Shown here: positions 25,566-35,542 of the stretch, piece by piece
Layout of the letters: each line of letters opens with the position of its first letter
How positions within the stretch are numbered: position 1 is the stretch's first letter
Assembly: GCA_965242495.1 (NCBI GenBank)
Contig: OZ251446.1
Coordinates: forward strand, 540,844-604,843
From: Alphaproteobacteria bacterium
Lineage (GTDB): Bacteria > Pseudomonadota > Alphaproteobacteria > MPNO01
Length of the DNA stretch: 64,000 nucleotides
Direction: 5' to 3'
Program-made: the position numbers and the translations under genes
Notes under the pieces: generated by a model
What the model was told of the DNA's origin: nothing
The model's input: the letters and a program-made list of their open reading frames with translations, nothing else
Databases searched by the model: none

Positions 25566-27014
25566 ATGGCGGTCGACAGCAGCGACATCGAGACCCTCGC
25601 CGGGGGAGACTACAAATACGGCTTCGTGACCGACATCGAGTCCGAGTTTGCGCCCAAGGGGCTGGACGAGGACATCGTCCGGTTCATCTCGGCCAAGAAG
25701 GACGAACCCGGGTGGCTTCTCGAATGGCGCCTCCGGGCCTACCGGCATTGGCTGACGATGGACGAGCCCAAGTGGGCGTTCGTCGACTATCCGCCGATCG
25801 ACTTCCAGGATGCCTATTACTACGCCGCGCCCAAGAATCCGGCCGATGCGCCGAAGAGCCTCGACGAGGTCGACCCCAAGCTGCTGGAAACTTACGAGAA
25901 GCTCGGCATTCCGCTCGCCGAGCGCGCGGCCCTCGCTGGAGTGGCGGTGGACGCAGTGTTCGACAGCGTCTCGGTCGCGACCACCTTCAAGGAGAAACTC
26001 GAAGAGGCGGGCGTGATCTTCTGTCCCGTCTCGGAGGCCGTCCGCGATCATCCCGATCTGGTCCGGCGCTATCTCGGGACCGTAGTGCCCTACGCCGACA
26101 ATTTCTACGCGACGCTGAACTCCGCCGTGTTCAGCGACGGAACCTTCGTCTATGTGCCGAAGCACACCCGCTGCCCGATGGAGTTGAGCACCTATTTCCG
26201 CATCAACGCCGCCAAGACGGGCCAGTTCGAGCGCACGCTGATCGTCGCCGACGAGGGCAGCTACGTCAGCTATCTCGAGGGATGCACCGCGCCGATGCGC
26301 GACGAGAACCAGCTCCACGCCGCGGTCGTCGAGCTGGTGGCCCTCGACGACGCCGAAATCAAATACTCGACAGTCCAGAACTGGTATCCGGGCGACGAGG
26401 ACGGCAAGGGCGGGATCTACAACTTCGTCACCAAGCGGGGCGCCTGCCGCGGACGCAACGCCAAAATATCCTGGACCCAGGTCGAGACGGGCTCGGCGAT
26501 TACCTGGAAATACCCGAGCTGCATCCTCGAAGGGGACAATTCGGTAGGCGAGTTCTACTCCGTTGCGGTGACCAACAACCGCCAGCAGGCGGATACCGGA
26601 ACCAAGATGACCCACATCGGCCGCGACACCCGCAGCACGATCGTCTCCAAAGGGATTTCCGTCGGACACGGCCAGAACACCTATCGCGGGCTGGTGAAGG
26701 TGCTGGGCGGAGCCGACCGTGCGCGCAACTTCACCCAATGCGACTCGCTGCTGGTCGGCGATGAGTGCGGCGCCCATACCGTGCCCTACATCGAGGTCGG
26801 AAATCCCGGCGCGCAGGTCGAGCACGAGGCGACGACGTCGCGGATCGACGAGGATCAACTGTTCTATTGCCGTCAGCGCGGCCTGGATGCGGAAGAGGCC
26901 GTATCTCTGATCGTCAACGGTTTCTGCAAGGAAGTGCTGCGCGAACTGCCGATGGAGTTCGCGGTCGAGGCGCAAAAACTGTTGAGCGTGAGCCTCGAAG
27001 GCAGCGTGGGCTGA
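25566..27014 (+). CDS. sufB: Fe-S cluster assembly protein SufB
   Basis: 482 aa: …[43 protein letters not shown]…. Confidence 0.95.
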   Translation: MAVDSSDIETLAGGDYKYGFVTDIESEFAPKGLDEDIVRFISAKKDEPGWLLEWRLRAYRHWLTMDEPKWAFVDYPPIDFQDAYYYAAPKNPADAPKSLDEVDPKLLETYEKLGIPLAERAALAGVAVDAVFDSVSVATTFKEKLEEAGVIFCPVSEAVRDHPDLVRRYLGTVVPYADNFYATLNSAVFSDGTFVYVPKHTRCPMELSTYFRINAAKTGQFERTLIVADEGSYVSYLEGCTAPMRDENQLHAAVVELVALDDAEIKYSTVQNWYPGDEDGKGGIYNFVTKRGACRGRNAKISWTQVETGSAITWKYPSCILEGDNSVGEFYSVAVTNNRQQADTGTKMTHIGRDTRSTIVSKGISVGHGQNTYRGLVKVLGGADRARNFTQCDSLLVGDECGAHTVPYIEVGNPGAQVEHEATTSRIDEDQLFYCRQRGLDAEEAVSLIVNGFCKEVLRELPMEFAVEAQKLLSVSLEGSVG

Positions 27015-27043
27015 CGGCCGCGGCCGGCGAGAGAGTAACGGGA

Positions 27044-27802
27044 ATGCTGCAGGTCAGAGGATTGCGGGTCGCCGTCGGAGACAAGGAGATTCTTCGCGGC
27101 GTCGATATCGAGGTCGGCGCCGGCGAGGTGCATGCGGTGATGGGTCCCAACGGCTCGGGCAAGAGCACGCTCGCCCACGTGCTCGCCGGCCGCGACGGTT
27201 ACGAGGTTCTCGCCGGCGAAATCCTGTTCGGCGACAAAGACCTGCTGGCGATGACGCCCGACGAGCGCGCCGCCGCGGGCGTCTTTCTGGCGTTCCAGTA
27301 TCCGGTTGAGATTCCCGGCATATCGAACGTGACGTTTCTCAAGACCGCGGTGAACGCGGTGCGCAAGGCGCGCGGGGAGCCGGAGCTCGACGCCCTCGAA
27401 TTCCTCAAGGTCGCCCGCGGCAAGGGCAGGCTGCTGCAGATGGACGACGCGTTGCTGCAACGCCAAGTCAATGTCGGCTTCTCCGGCGGCGAGAAGAAGC
27501 GGAACGAGATATTCCAGATGGCCATGCTCGATCCGAGGCTCGCCGTGCTCGACGAGACCGACTCGGGTCTCGACATCGACGCGCTCAAGGTGGTGGCGGG
27601 CGGCGTCGACAAGCTGCGCAGCCCGGATCGCGCGATGGTGGTTATCACCCACTACCAGCGCCTGCTGGACCACATCGTCCCGGATCGGGTCCATGTCCTT
27701 GCCCAGGGGCGTATCGTTGCCGCGGGCGGGAAGGAGCTTGCGCTGCAGCTGGAGCGCGAAGGCTACGCCATGTATGGCGACGATGCGCCGGCCGCGGCGT
27801 GA
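27044..27802 (+). CDS. sufC: Fe-S cluster assembly ATPase SufC
   Basis: MLQVRGLRVAVGDKEILRGVDIEVGAGEVHAVMGPNGSGKSTLAHVLAG… with Walker A and an ABC signature FSGGEKKRNEI. Confidence 0.95.
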   Translation: MLQVRGLRVAVGDKEILRGVDIEVGAGEVHAVMGPNGSGKSTLAHVLAGRDGYEVLAGEILFGDKDLLAMTPDERAAAGVFLAFQYPVEIPGISNVTFLKTAVNAVRKARGEPELDALEFLKVARGKGRLLQMDDALLQRQVNVGFSGGEKKRNEIFQMAMLDPRLAVLDETDSGLDIDALKVVAGGVDKLRSPDRAMVVITHYQRLLDHIVPDRVHVLAQGRIVAAGGKELALQLEREGYAMYGDDAPAAA

Positions 27803-29154
27803 CCGGGGCGCGCGCAATGGGCCGGGAGTTCGACGCCGCGGCACCCTATCTGGCGCAATATGCGGCAGTGAAGCCGGGATTGCCCGGATGCGGCGTTCCC
27901 TGGCTGGCGCAGCTCCGCGACGAGGCCATCACGCGGTTCGCCGATCTCGGTTTTCCGACGTCCAGGGTCGAAGCGTGGAAATACACCGACCTGACCCGGC
28001 TTGCGCGGACGCCGTTCGGCGAAGCCGGGCGGGCCGGCGGCGCTGCGGCCGGGTTGCCGCCGGGATTGCTCGACCACGACGAAACCCACCGGCTGGTGTT
28101 GATCGACGGGCGCTTCGCGCCCCATCTCTCGGATCTCGGGGCGATGCCCGAGGGCGCGCGGCTGACCTCCCTGGCTGCGCTCGCCGACTCCGATCCGGCC
28201 GACCTCGAGGCGGCGTTCGGGCGTGTAGACGACGCCGACGAGGCCGGATTGGCGGCGCTCAATACGGCGCTCATGCGCGACGGCGCCGTCCTGCTGCTGG
28301 ACCGGGGGACAACCGTCGACAAGCCGGTTCACCTGGTCAATTTCGTCACCTCGGAGAAGGGCGCGATCGCCGTCCATCCGCGCCATTCGATCGTCGCCGG
28401 CGAAGGAAGCCAGGCTACCGTGATCGAGACCTATGCCGGCGGCGGGCGGGGACGCTATTGGACCAACGCCGTCACCAGGATCGCCGCCGGGGCGGGCTCG
28501 ACGCTGCGCTACGTCAAACTGCAGGACGAGTCGGCGGCCGCCTACCATACCGGGCTACTGCGGATCGAGCAGGATCGCAACAGCAGCGTCACCGGCTTCG
28601 TCGCATCCGTCGGGGCGGCGACGGCGCGGAGCGAGATCCGGACGGCGATCGTCGGCGAGGGGGCCAGCTGTCGGCTCGACGGCGGCGTCCTCGCGCGCGG
28701 GCGCCAGCATGGCGACATCACGACCGAGATCGATCATCGCGTACCGCACGGGGCCAGCCGCCAGACATTCAAGAACGTCCTCGACGACCGCGGCAGGTCG
28801 GTCTTCCAGGGCCGCATCGTCGTTCGCGCCGGCGCCTGCAAGGCCGACGCCCGGCAGTCGAATCGTAACCTGCTGCTGTCGCCGCGCGCCCGGGCGGAAG
28901 CCAAGCCGGAGCTCCGCATCCTGGCCGACGACGTGAAGTGCGGCCATGGCGCTACGGTCGGGGAGCTGGACCGGGATGCGCTGTTCTATCTCGAGAGCCG
29001 CGGCATCGAGGCGGCTGAAGCGCGGGCGCTGCTGATCGAGGCGTTCCTGGGCGAGCTGATCGAGGCCGCTCCGGAAGGCGTGGCGCGGCGTCGCCTGCGC
29101 GCGCGCATAGCCGCGTGGGTCGGGACCGAGCACATGCTGGAGATGGCCGCATGA
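27799..29154 (+). CDS. sufD: Fe-S cluster assembly protein SufD
   Basis: 451 aa SufBD-family protein. It overlaps the sufC stop and the sufS start (ATGA). Confidence 0.9.
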   Translation: MTGARAMGREFDAAAPYLAQYAAVKPGLPGCGVPWLAQLRDEAITRFADLGFPTSRVEAWKYTDLTRLARTPFGEAGRAGGAAAGLPPGLLDHDETHRLVLIDGRFAPHLSDLGAMPEGARLTSLAALADSDPADLEAAFGRVDDADEAGLAALNTALMRDGAVLLLDRGTTVDKPVHLVNFVTSEKGAIAVHPRHSIVAGEGSQATVIETYAGGGRGRYWTNAVTRIAAGAGSTLRYVKLQDESAAAYHTGLLRIEQDRNSSVTGFVASVGAATARSEIRTAIVGEGASCRLDGGVLARGRQHGDITTEIDHRVPHGASRQTFKNVLDDRGRSVFQGRIVVRAGACKADARQSNRNLLLSPRARAEAKPELRILADDVKCGHGATVGELDRDALFYLESRGIEAAEARALLIEAFLGELIEAAPEGVARRRLRARIAAWVGTEHMLEMAA

Positions 29155-30389
29155 GCACTGCCAACGGCGGCTACGACATCGACCGGATTCGCGAGGACTT
29201 TCCGATCCTCGCGGAGCGGGTGTACGGCCGTCCGCTGGTCTATCTCGATTCGGGCGCGAGCGCGCAGAAGCCGCGCGCGGTGATCGACGCGATGCGCACG
29301 GTCTACGAGACCGAATACGCCAACGTGCATCGCGGCGTCCACTATATGAGCCAGAAGGCGACGGAGGCGATGGAGGCGGCGCGCGAGAAAGTCCGCGCTT
29401 TCCTCAACGCCCGCAGCGCGCAGGAGATCGTGTTCGTCAGAAGCGCGACCGAGGGCATCAATCTCGTCGCCGCGAGTTGGGGCCTGCCCGCGCTCGGCGA
29501 AGGTGACGAGATCGTGCTTTCCCACATGGAGCACCACTCGAACATCGTGCCCTGGCAGATGCTGCGCGACCGCACGGGGGTTGCGATCCGGGTGGCGCCG
29601 ATCGACGAGGCGGGCGCGTTGCCGGTGGACGAATTCGCGGCCCTGCTGAGCTCGCGGACGAAGCTGGTCGCGATAACTCATGTCTCGAACGCCCTGGGCA
29701 GCGTCGTGCCGGTCGCCGAGGTGATTCGACTCGCCCATGATTGCGGCGCCAAGGTGCTGGTCGATGGCTGCCAGGCGGCGCCGCACATGCCGGTGGACGT
29801 GCAGGCCCTGGATGCGGATTTCTACGTCTTCTCCGGCCACAAGCTCTACGGCCCGAGCGGGATCGGGATACTCTACGGCAAGGAGGCGCTGCTGGAGGCG
29901 ATGCCGCCCTATCAGGGGGGCGGAGAGATGATCGACCGCGTGACCTTCGAGGAGACCACGTTCGCCGGACTGCCCTTCAAGTTCGAAGCCGGGACGCCGC
30001 ATATCGCCGGCGCGATCGGACTCGGCGCCGCGATCGATTACGTCGATGGATTGGGTCTGGCCGCGATCGGGGCGCATGAACGGGAGCTGCTCGCCTACGC
30101 TACCGAGCGGTTGCAGGCGGTGAACAGCGTCCGGCTCATCGGCACCGCACGCGATAAGGCCGCGATCGTCTCGTTCAACCTGGAGGGCATCCATCCGCAC
30201 GACGTAGGGACGATCGTCGACCGCGAAGGAGTCGCCGTCCGCACCGGGCATCACTGCGCCCAGCCGGTCATGGACCGCTACGGCGTCGCGGCGACGGTGC
30301 GCGCCTCGTTCGGCTTGTACAATCGCCGGGAAGAAGCGGATGCGCTGGTGGATGCGCTCCAACGGGCGCAGGAGATATTCGGCTCGTGA
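29151..30389 (+). CDS. sufS: cysteine desulfurase SufS
   Basis: MSTANGGYDIDRIREDFPILAERVYGRPLVYLDSGASAQKPRAVIDAM…; the PLP-lysine context is SGHKLYGPSGIG and the active-site Cys context is RTGHHCAQP. Confidence 0.95.
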   Translation: MSTANGGYDIDRIREDFPILAERVYGRPLVYLDSGASAQKPRAVIDAMRTVYETEYANVHRGVHYMSQKATEAMEAAREKVRAFLNARSAQEIVFVRSATEGINLVAASWGLPALGEGDEIVLSHMEHHSNIVPWQMLRDRTGVAIRVAPIDEAGALPVDEFAALLSSRTKLVAITHVSNALGSVVPVAEVIRLAHDCGAKVLVDGCQAAPHMPVDVQALDADFYVFSGHKLYGPSGIGILYGKEALLEAMPPYQGGGEMIDRVTFEETTFAGLPFKFEAGTPHIAGAIGLGAAIDYVDGLGLAAIGAHERELLAYATERLQAVNSVRLIGTARDKAAIVSFNLEGIHPHDVGTIVDREGVAVRTGHHCAQPVMDRYGVAATVRASFGLYNRREEADALVDALQRAQEIFGS

Positions 30390-30841
30390 CCAGCTTGCGC
30401 GACCTGTATCAGGACGTGATCCTCGATCACAGCAGACGACCGCGCAATTCCGGTCGGCTCGATCCGTGCAGTCACGAGGCGCGGGGCGACAATCCGCTAT
30501 GCGGCGACCGGATCGTCGTATATCTCTCCGTCGCCGGGGACGTGGTGAAGGATGTCCGCTTTGAAGCGAAAGGTTGCGCGATCTCGGTCGCCGCGGCATC
30601 GATGATGTCCGAACTCGTCAAGGGCGGGACCGTCGAAGCCGCGCGCGAGACTTTCGCGAATTTCCATGACGCCGTGACGCGGAAGGACGCGCCGGACGGG
30701 GAGGAATTGGAACGGCTCGACAAGCTCGCGGCGCTGATCGGCGTCCGCGACTTCCCGATGCGCGTCAAATGCGCGACGTTGCCTTGGCACACGATGGCCG
30801 CGGCCCTGGCCGGGACCGACGGCGACGTGACGACGGAGTAG
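30386..30841 (+). CDS. sufU: SufU/IscU-like Fe-S scaffold / sulfur acceptor protein
   Basis: …LYQDVILDHSRRPRNSGRL…NPLCGDRIVVYL…GCAISVAAASMMSEL…KCATLPWH…, three conserved Cys in a SufU-type arrangement. The GTG overlaps the sufS stop. Confidence 0.75.
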   Translation: MTSLRDLYQDVILDHSRRPRNSGRLDPCSHEARGDNPLCGDRIVVYLSVAGDVVKDVRFEAKGCAISVAAASMMSELVKGGTVEAARETFANFHDAVTRKDAPDGEELERLDKLAALIGVRDFPMRVKCATLPWHTMAAALAGTDGDVTTE

Positions 30842-30881
30842 CCGGACCGGCGACTGGAGCCGGCTCGGCGCGGAGACCGAT

Positions 30882-31244
30882 ATGAGCGACGATATGGCGA
30901 TGCAGCAGCTACCGGGGACGACGGCGGCCCGATCGGACGACGGGGAGCTCAAGCACCGCGTCATCGGCGCCGTCTCCGAGGTCTACGACCCGGAAATCCC
31001 GGTGAACATTTACGAGCTGGGGCTGGTCTACGACATCGCGGTGACCCCGGAGTCGAACGTCCAGATCCTCATGACGCTAACGTCGCCGATGTGCCCGGTC
31101 GCCGAAACGCTGCCCGGCGAGGTCGAAATGCAGGTGCGCGGCGTTGATGGCGTCAACGACGTCGACGTCGAGATCACCTGGGACCCGCCCTGGACCCCGG
31201 AATTGATGAGCGAAGCCGCCAAGCTCGAGCTGGGCTTCATGTAG
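30882..31244 (+). CDS. sufT: SUF system Fe-S assembly protein, DUF59/MIP18 family (SufT-like)
   Basis: …VIGAVSEVYDPEIPVNIYELGLVYDIAVTPESNVQILMTLTSPMCPVAETLPGEV…, with a single conserved Cys in the DUF59 core. Confidence 0.75.
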   Translation: MSDDMAMQQLPGTTAARSDDGELKHRVIGAVSEVYDPEIPVNIYELGLVYDIAVTPESNVQILMTLTSPMCPVAETLPGEVEMQVRGVDGVNDVDVEITWDPPWTPELMSEAAKLELGFM

Positions 31245-31284
31245 CCGTCGGCGGCCCGGCAACTCTGAATGTGAGAGCACGACC

Positions 31285-31623
31285 ATGACGATCAAACAGG
31301 CGATGAGCCTTACCGACGCTGCGGCGGATCGGGTGCGTCATCTCGTATCGACCCGCGAGGACCCGGTTCTCGGGCTCAGGATCGGCGTCCGCAAGGGCGG
31401 TTGCTCCGGGATGGCCTATACGATGGAGTTCGCCGCCGAGAAGGAGCCGTTCGACGAGGTGGTGGACGACAAGGGAGCGACGGTGCTGATCGACGCCAAG
31501 GCGTTGATGTTCCTGATCGGCGCCGAGATGGATTACGTCGAGAGCAAGCTCCAGTCGGGCTTCGTCTTCAACAATCCGAACGAGAAGGGCCGTTGCGGCT
31601 GCGGCGAGTCGTTTACCGTCTGA
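31285..31623 (+). CDS. sufA: A-type Fe-S cluster carrier (SufA/IscA/ErpA, HesB family)
   Basis: 112 aa ending …GFVFNNPNEKGRCGCGESFTV, with the C-x-C-G-C C-terminal motif plus RKGGCSGMAY. Confidence 0.85.
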   Translation: MTIKQAMSLTDAAADRVRHLVSTREDPVLGLRIGVRKGGCSGMAYTMEFAAEKEPFDEVVDDKGATVLIDAKALMFLIGAEMDYVESKLQSGFVFNNPNEKGRCGCGESFTV

Positions 31624-31647
31624 GCCGCGTGTCTCGCGGCTGCGAAT

Positions 31648-32958
31648 TCATTTGCCGGTGCGCGGCCGGCGCAGAAACGCCGGTACGTGATCGCCCATGC
31701 CGACGACCGGCTCGCCGGCCGATTTGCGCGGCGGCGCGTTGTCCCGGCGCTGGCGGGCCGGCGCCTTGGCCGCGGGCCGGGCGGAATGGGCGGGCCGAGA
31801 GCGGCGAGTGCGCGTCGTCCGCCCGGGATCGGGTTTCCCCATACCGTCGATGGCGTGGTGCGGGATGTCTTCGTCAATCAGCTTGACGATCGCCTCGACA
31901 TAGGGCGCGTCGGCAGGCGTGGCGAGGGTGAACGACCGTCCGGTCTTGCCGGCGCGGCCGGTTCGCCCGATGCGGTGGACGTAGTCCTCGGAATGGATCG
32001 GCACGTCGAAGTTGAATACGTGCGACAGATCGGCGATGTCCAGCCCGCGCGCGGCGACGTCGCTCGCGACCAGCAGGGTAACCTTGCCGTCCTTGAAGGC
32101 GCCGAGCGTCTCGGTCCGGCTTGCCTGGTCCATGTCGCCATGGAGTGCGGCGACGTTGAGCCCGTGCCGTTTGAGCGAACGGAACAGGAGATCGACGTCC
32201 CGCTTGCGGTTGCAGAACACCAGCGCGTTGCGGACGTCCTCGGAGCGAACGATACGCCGCAATGCTTCACGCTTGTCGCTCGCATGAACGATGCAGAGGC
32301 GTTGCTCCACCGTGGCCGCGGGGGTGGCCGGCGGATCGACCGAAACTTCCTTCGGGTTGATGAGGAAGGCGTCGGCGAGCTTACGGATCTCGGGCGGCAA
32401 GGTCGCCGAGAAGAACAGCGTCTGCCGGATTCTGGGTAGCAGCCGCACGATGCGCTCGACGTCCGGGATGAAGCCCATGTCGAGCATCCGGTCGGCTTCG
32501 TCGATCACGAGGATCTTGATGTCGTTGAGCAGGATACGGCCGTTCTCCATGTGGTCGAGGAACCGGCCGGGGGTCGCGATCAGGATGTCGACGCCGCGTT
32601 CCAGCAGGCGGCTCTGGTCGTTGCCGCGCACGCCGCCGATCAACAGCGCCGTGTCCAGATTCTGCTCCTTGCCGAACAGGTCGAAATGCTCGGCGATCTG
32701 GCCGGCCAGCTCGCGGGTCGGCGTCAGGATGAGCGATCGCGGCATCCGCGCGCGAGCGCGGCCGACCGCGAGATGCTCAATCATCGGCAGGATGAAGGCG
32801 GCGGTCTTGCCGGTGCCCGTCTGTGCGCGCCCGAGCACGTCGCGCCCAGTGAGCACATGGGGGATAGCCTGCTGCTGTATCGGCGTAGGTTCCGCGTAGC
32901 CGGCGCTCTCGACCGCGCGCAGAACACCCTCGCTCAAACCAAGATCTGCAAAACTCAT
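31648..32958 (-). CDS. DEAD-box ATP-dependent RNA helicase (RhlE-like)
   Basis: Q-motif/AQTGTGKT, DEAD (VIDEADRM), SAT, and HRIGRTGRAG motifs, with a basic Arg-rich C-terminal tail. Confidence 0.9.
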   Translation of the reverse strand: MSFADLGLSEGVLRAVESAGYAEPTPIQQQAIPHVLTGRDVLGRAQTGTGKTAAFILPMIEHLAVGRARARMPRSLILTPTRELAGQIAEHFDLFGKEQNLDTALLIGGVRGNDQSRLLERGVDILIATPGRFLDHMENGRILLNDIKILVIDEADRMLDMGFIPDVERIVRLLPRIRQTLFFSATLPPEIRKLADAFLINPKEVSVDPPATPAATVEQRLCIVHASDKREALRRIVRSEDVRNALVFCNRKRDVDLLFRSLKRHGLNVAALHGDMDQASRTETLGAFKDGKVTLLVASDVAARGLDIADLSHVFNFDVPIHSEDYVHRIGRTGRAGKTGRSFTLATPADAPYVEAIVKLIDEDIPHHAIDGMGKPDPGRTTRTRRSRPAHSARPAAKAPARQRRDNAPPRKSAGEPVVGMGDHVPAFLRRPRTGK

Positions 32959-33045
32959 ATGCTACGCTGGACTGTATTTCGACCGCACCGTTGCGCCGAT
33001 GCCTCAATGTAAGGCATCGCCCGCAGAAGTCAACGAATATCGGAA

Positions 33046-35037
33046 TCAGACGTCGAGCGCTTCGATACGCTCCGCGTTCTCCTGGATGAATCTCAGGCGC
33101 AGCTCCGGTTTCCGGCCCATGAGTCGTTCGACCAGATCGGCGACGGGCGACGGCGGCGCTCCGTCCGCCCCGCCGCCGGAGCTTACGCCGTTTTCGCTCA
33201 CGGTCACGCGCAGCAAGCTGCGCTTGGCCGGGTCCATCGTGGTCTCCTTCAGCTGGGCCGCGGGCATTTCGCCCAGCCCCTTGAATCGGCTGACCTCGAT
33301 GCGGCTGCGGCCGTTGAAACGGCTCGCCGCCAGCGAGTCCTTGTCCGCTTCGCTCATTGCGTAGGCGGTGACGCCCCCCTGGCTCAGCCGGAACAACGGC
33401 GGCAGCGCCAGGTAGAGATGTCCGTTCTCGATCAGCTCCGGCATCTCACGGAAGAAAAACGTCATCAGCAGCGCCGCGATATGCGCGCCGTCGACGTCGG
33501 CGTCGGTCATGATGATGACTCGCTGGTAGCGGAGTTTCCTCTCGTCGTAAAGGCCGCCGCTGCCGCTGCCGAGCGCTTGGACGAGGTCCGCGAGCTCCTG
33601 ATTGCCTCGCAGCTTTTCATTGGTGGCGCTGGCGACGTTGAGGATCTTGCCGCGCAAGGGCAGCACCGCCTGGGTTTCGCGGTCGCGGGCCTGCTTGGCC
33701 GAGCCGCCCGCCGAATCGCCCTCGACGAGGAACAACTCCGTGCCGTCGGGCGCACCGCGCGTGCAGTCGGCGAGCTTGCCCGGCAGGCGAAGCTTGCGGG
33801 TCGGCGCCTTGCGCGAGAATTCCCGCGCCTCACGGCGTTTGAGCCGTTCGTCGGCGCGCTGGAGCACCAGATCGAGCAGCGCGTTCGCGTTCTCCGGGTC
33901 GCCAGTCAGATAGTGGTCGAAGTGATCCTTCAGCGAATTCTCGACCAGTTTGGCGACGGAAGGCGTGGCCAGGCGGTCCTTGGTCTGGCCCTGGAACTCC
34001 GGGTTGCGGATGAAGATCGACAGCAGCCCGCAGGCGCTCGCCAGGACGTCGTCTGCAGTGACGATGCCGGCGCGCCGGTTGCCGACGAGCTCGCCATAGG
34101 CCTTCAACCCGCGCAGCAGGGCGGCGCGCAGGCCAGCTTCGTGAGTGCCTCCCTGCGGCGTCGGGACGGTGTTGCAGTAGGACGAGAGGAATCCGTCTCC
34201 TGTCTCCGGCCAAGTCATTGCCCACTCAATGCGTCCAGCGTCGCCGTTGAGCCCGGCTTCGCCGGCGAACGGCCGTGACGTCACCGTCGGACGGGCTTCG
34301 AGACTCGCGGCGAGGAAATCACTCAACCCGCCCGGGAAACGCAGTTCGGCGGCAGCGGGAGTATCGTCGCTGCGGTCGATCCGATCGGGTGCGCAGCTCC
34401 AGCGGATCTGTACGCCCCGGAACAGATAGGCCTTTGAGCGGGCCATACGATAGAGGCGGGACGGCCGAAACGCCGCATTGCCGAAAATATCGGGGTCGGG
34501 GTGGAAGGAGATCGACGTGCCGCGGCGGTTCCGCACCGCGCCCCGGTTTTCCAGCGGCGTCAGAGGCTGGCCCCGCGTGTAGGTCTGGGCCCAGAGCGCC
34601 TGGTCGCGCGCGACCTCGACGGTGAGCCGGTCGGCGAGCGCGTTCACGACCGACAGCCCGACGCCGTGAAGCCCGCCCGACGTCCGGTACGCGCCCTCGC
34701 GGAACTTGCCGCCGGCGTGAAGCGTCGTCAGGACAACTTCGAGGGCCGACTTGCCGGCGATCTTGGGATGCGGTCCGACCGGTATCCCGCGGCCGTTGTC
34801 GCGAACGGCGAGCGTCCCGTCGGCCGACAGCTCGACCTCGATCGTCGTCGCCTGGCCGGCAACCGCCTCGTCCATGGCGTTGTCGATCGCTTCCGCCGCC
34901 AAGTGATGCAAGGCGTTCTCGTCGGCGCCTCCGATATACATGCCCGGCCGGCGGCGCACGGGTTCGAGCCCCTCAAGGACCTCGATATCCTCGGCTTCGT
35001 ATCGCGCTTGCCCGCGGTTTCGGGACGGTTTCGGCAT
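33046..35037 (-). CDS. parE: DNA topoisomerase IV subunit B
   Basis: GHKL ATPase and TOPRIM domains: …LEGLEPVRRRPGMYIGG…, …EGDSAGGSAKQARDRETQAVLPLRGKILNV…. The start is taken at the ATG 35035-35037 rather than 35112 to leave room for the divergent yciA promoter. Confidence 0.8.
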   Translation of the reverse strand: MPKPSRNRGQARYEAEDIEVLEGLEPVRRRPGMYIGGADENALHHLAAEAIDNAMDEAVAGQATTIEVELSADGTLAVRDNGRGIPVGPHPKIAGKSALEVVLTTLHAGGKFREGAYRTSGGLHGVGLSVVNALADRLTVEVARDQALWAQTYTRGQPLTPLENRGAVRNRRGTSISFHPDPDIFGNAAFRPSRLYRMARSKAYLFRGVQIRWSCAPDRIDRSDDTPAAAELRFPGGLSDFLAASLEARPTVTSRPFAGEAGLNGDAGRIEWAMTWPETGDGFLSSYCNTVPTPQGGTHEAGLRAALLRGLKAYGELVGNRRAGIVTADDVLASACGLLSIFIRNPEFQGQTKDRLATPSVAKLVENSLKDHFDHYLTGDPENANALLDLVLQRADERLKRREAREFSRKAPTRKLRLPGKLADCTRGAPDGTELFLVEGDSAGGSAKQARDRETQAVLPLRGKILNVASATNEKLRGNQELADLVQALGSGSGGLYDERKLRYQRVIIMTDADVDGAHIAALLMTFFFREMPELIENGHLYLALPPLFRLSQGGVTAYAMSEADKDSLAASRFNGRSRIEVSRFKGLGEMPAAQLKETTMDPAKRSLLRVTVSENGVSSGGGADGAPPSPVADLVERLMGRKPELRLRFIQENAERIEALDV

Positions 35038-35121
35038 CGGACGGTCTTGGATCGGAATCTCGCAACGCTTTTCGTAGCCCACAGTATGCAGTATATGACC
35101 AAGATCGGACAACGAGATAAT

Positions 35122-35526
35122 GTGGGGGCAGCGTTGATAGGCTTATCGGGGGATCCGTCCGGGCGCGACCCGGCGATCCGCATGATTGCTATGCCGGCCG
35201 ACGCCAACCCGAGCGGCGATATCTTCGGCGGCTACATCATGTCGCTGATGGACATGGCCGGGGCCAGCGTCGCCTTTCTGCGGGCCGGCGGGCGGATCGT
35301 GACCGTTGCGGTGAAGGAGATCGCCTTCCTGGCGCCGGTGCAGGTCGGAGACGAGGTAAGCTGCTACGCCGAGGTGTGCGGGATCGGGCGCACGTCGGTC
35401 GGCGCCTTCGTCGAGGTGTGGACCCGACGGCGGGCGGGCGGGCACCCGATAAAGGTCACCGAAGGCGAGTTCACCTATGTCCGAGTCGACGGAAACGGCC
35501 GTCCGACGCCGGTGGAAGGACGGTGA
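35122..35526 (+). CDS. acyl-CoA thioesterase (YciA-like hot-dog fold)
   Basis: …RMIAMPADANPSGDIFGGYIMSLMDMAGASVAF…; in-frame GTG at 35122. Confidence 0.7.
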   Translation: MGAALIGLSGDPSGRDPAIRMIAMPADANPSGDIFGGYIMSLMDMAGASVAFLRAGGRIVTVAVKEIAFLAPVQVGDEVSCYAEVCGIGRTSVGAFVEVWTRRRAGGHPIKVTEGEFTYVRVDGNGRPTPVEGR

Positions 35527-35542
35527 CGGGCGCTTGTTTCGA

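Noticed and set aside
32985-33025. A hairpin GATGCCT-N7-AGGCATC between parE and the DEAD-box helicase gene.
   Set aside because: It is a short 7-bp stem with no U-tract on either strand. It could be a weak terminator or a UTR structure, but the evidence is insufficient to call it.
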